The position numbers and the translations under genes are program-made. A stretch of DNA of 57,537 bases, taken from Candidatus Bathyarchaeota archaeon. GTDB taxonomy: Archaea > Thermoproteota > Bathyarchaeia > Bathyarchaeales > Bathyarchaeaceae. A model generated the notes under the pieces. It was not told the DNA's origin, did no database searches, and saw only the letters and a list, made by a program, of their open reading frames with translations. Each line of letters starts with the position of its first letter. Position 1 is the first letter of the stretch. Location of the stretch: contig CP070759.1 in the NCBI GenBank assembly GCA_020348945.1, positions 1,407,637 through 1,465,173 on the forward strand, read 5' to 3'. Positions 57,312-57,537 of the stretch are shown here, piece after piece.

Positions 57312-57420
57312 TTGGTATGCCGGCGATCTCGGATTTGAACCCGACGGGGGGACTCAACTCGCCTGTTAAAATGTAATGGACTTGAACCCTTTCGGGTATT
57401 AGTCCTGCCCGGCCCACCAA
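57312..57420 (-). ncRNA. unassigned structured-RNA candidate (~109 nt)
   Basis: 12-bp terminal helix TTGGTGGGCCGG/CCGGCATACCAA (1 mismatch). Hairpin GGACT-AAT-ACCC-GAAA-GGGT-TCA-AGTCC with a GNRA loop. T-loop-like GGGTTCAAATCC. Does not fold as a canonical tRNA. Confidence 0.2.
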
Positions 57421-57537
57421 ACTCTTGCCTTATTTTTCTTGGAGAAAATGATTTAAGCTTGGCGGTAGATAATAGAGGCCCAAGTTTAGGTGTTAAACCT
57501 ACCGCATGAGTCCCCAGTTTACACACAACAGCGTGCT

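Noticed and set aside
57312-57420. Canonical tRNA gene suggested by ggatttgaaccc (the reverse complement of a T-loop)
   Set aside because: The T-stem positions 50-64 and 51-63 mismatch. I found no D-arm or anticodon arm. Acceptor pairing is limited to 5 bp plus mismatches. Kept only as an unassigned RNA candidate.

Overview
Archaeal chromosomal segment. Evidence: archaeal-type r-proteins L3/L4/L23/L2, TiaS, Tsr3, EndA, alpha2-type GlyRS and archaeal inositol-phosphate synthase. A bifunctional PGI/PMI hints at a TACK/Bathyarchaeia-like lineage, but that is inference only. The core is housekeeping: a co-directional minus-strand amino-acid cluster ilvB-ilvN-ilvC-leuC-leuD-leuB-leuA-pheA-serB, a second leuA/cimA paralog divergent from ilvD, and glyA, apgM, nnr, tsr3, tiaS, glyS, endA and ino1. 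I found no rRNA, intact tRNA, CRISPR array, transposase or integrase. Five things stand out. (1) The L3-L4-L23 / L2 ribosomal gene string is split by a ~6.7 kb mixed-strand block. It holds an uninterrupted (non-pyrrolysine) MttB-family methyltransferase, an M20 amidohydrolase, an EamA exporter, an ICMT-like methyltransferase and a P-loop-less MEDS/KaiC-like two-domain protein. This is my best candidate for an undescribed methylated-compound sensing/utilisation module. (2) A 1138-aa secreted family-5 solute-binding protein has its sequence modules in swapped order (apparent circular permutation). It is fused to dockerin-cohesin-CARDB-dockerin and has no ABC transporter genes nearby. (3) A 1351-aa membrane-anchored surface protein is built from several repeat families. 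(4) A decayed accessory patch at 54.9-57.5 kb contains a 5'-truncated tRNA-His copy inside a GC-rich patch, an RHH/CcdA-like ORF reading antisense through it, unknown wHTH-led genes, a stop-interrupted reading frame and an unassigned structured-RNA candidate. (5) Two sets of conserved non-coding repeats occur: a 35-bp promoter-region motif 28 kb apart and ~47-nt direct repeats bracketing a RAM-domain gene. All functional calls come from reading the translated ORFs; no database search was run.
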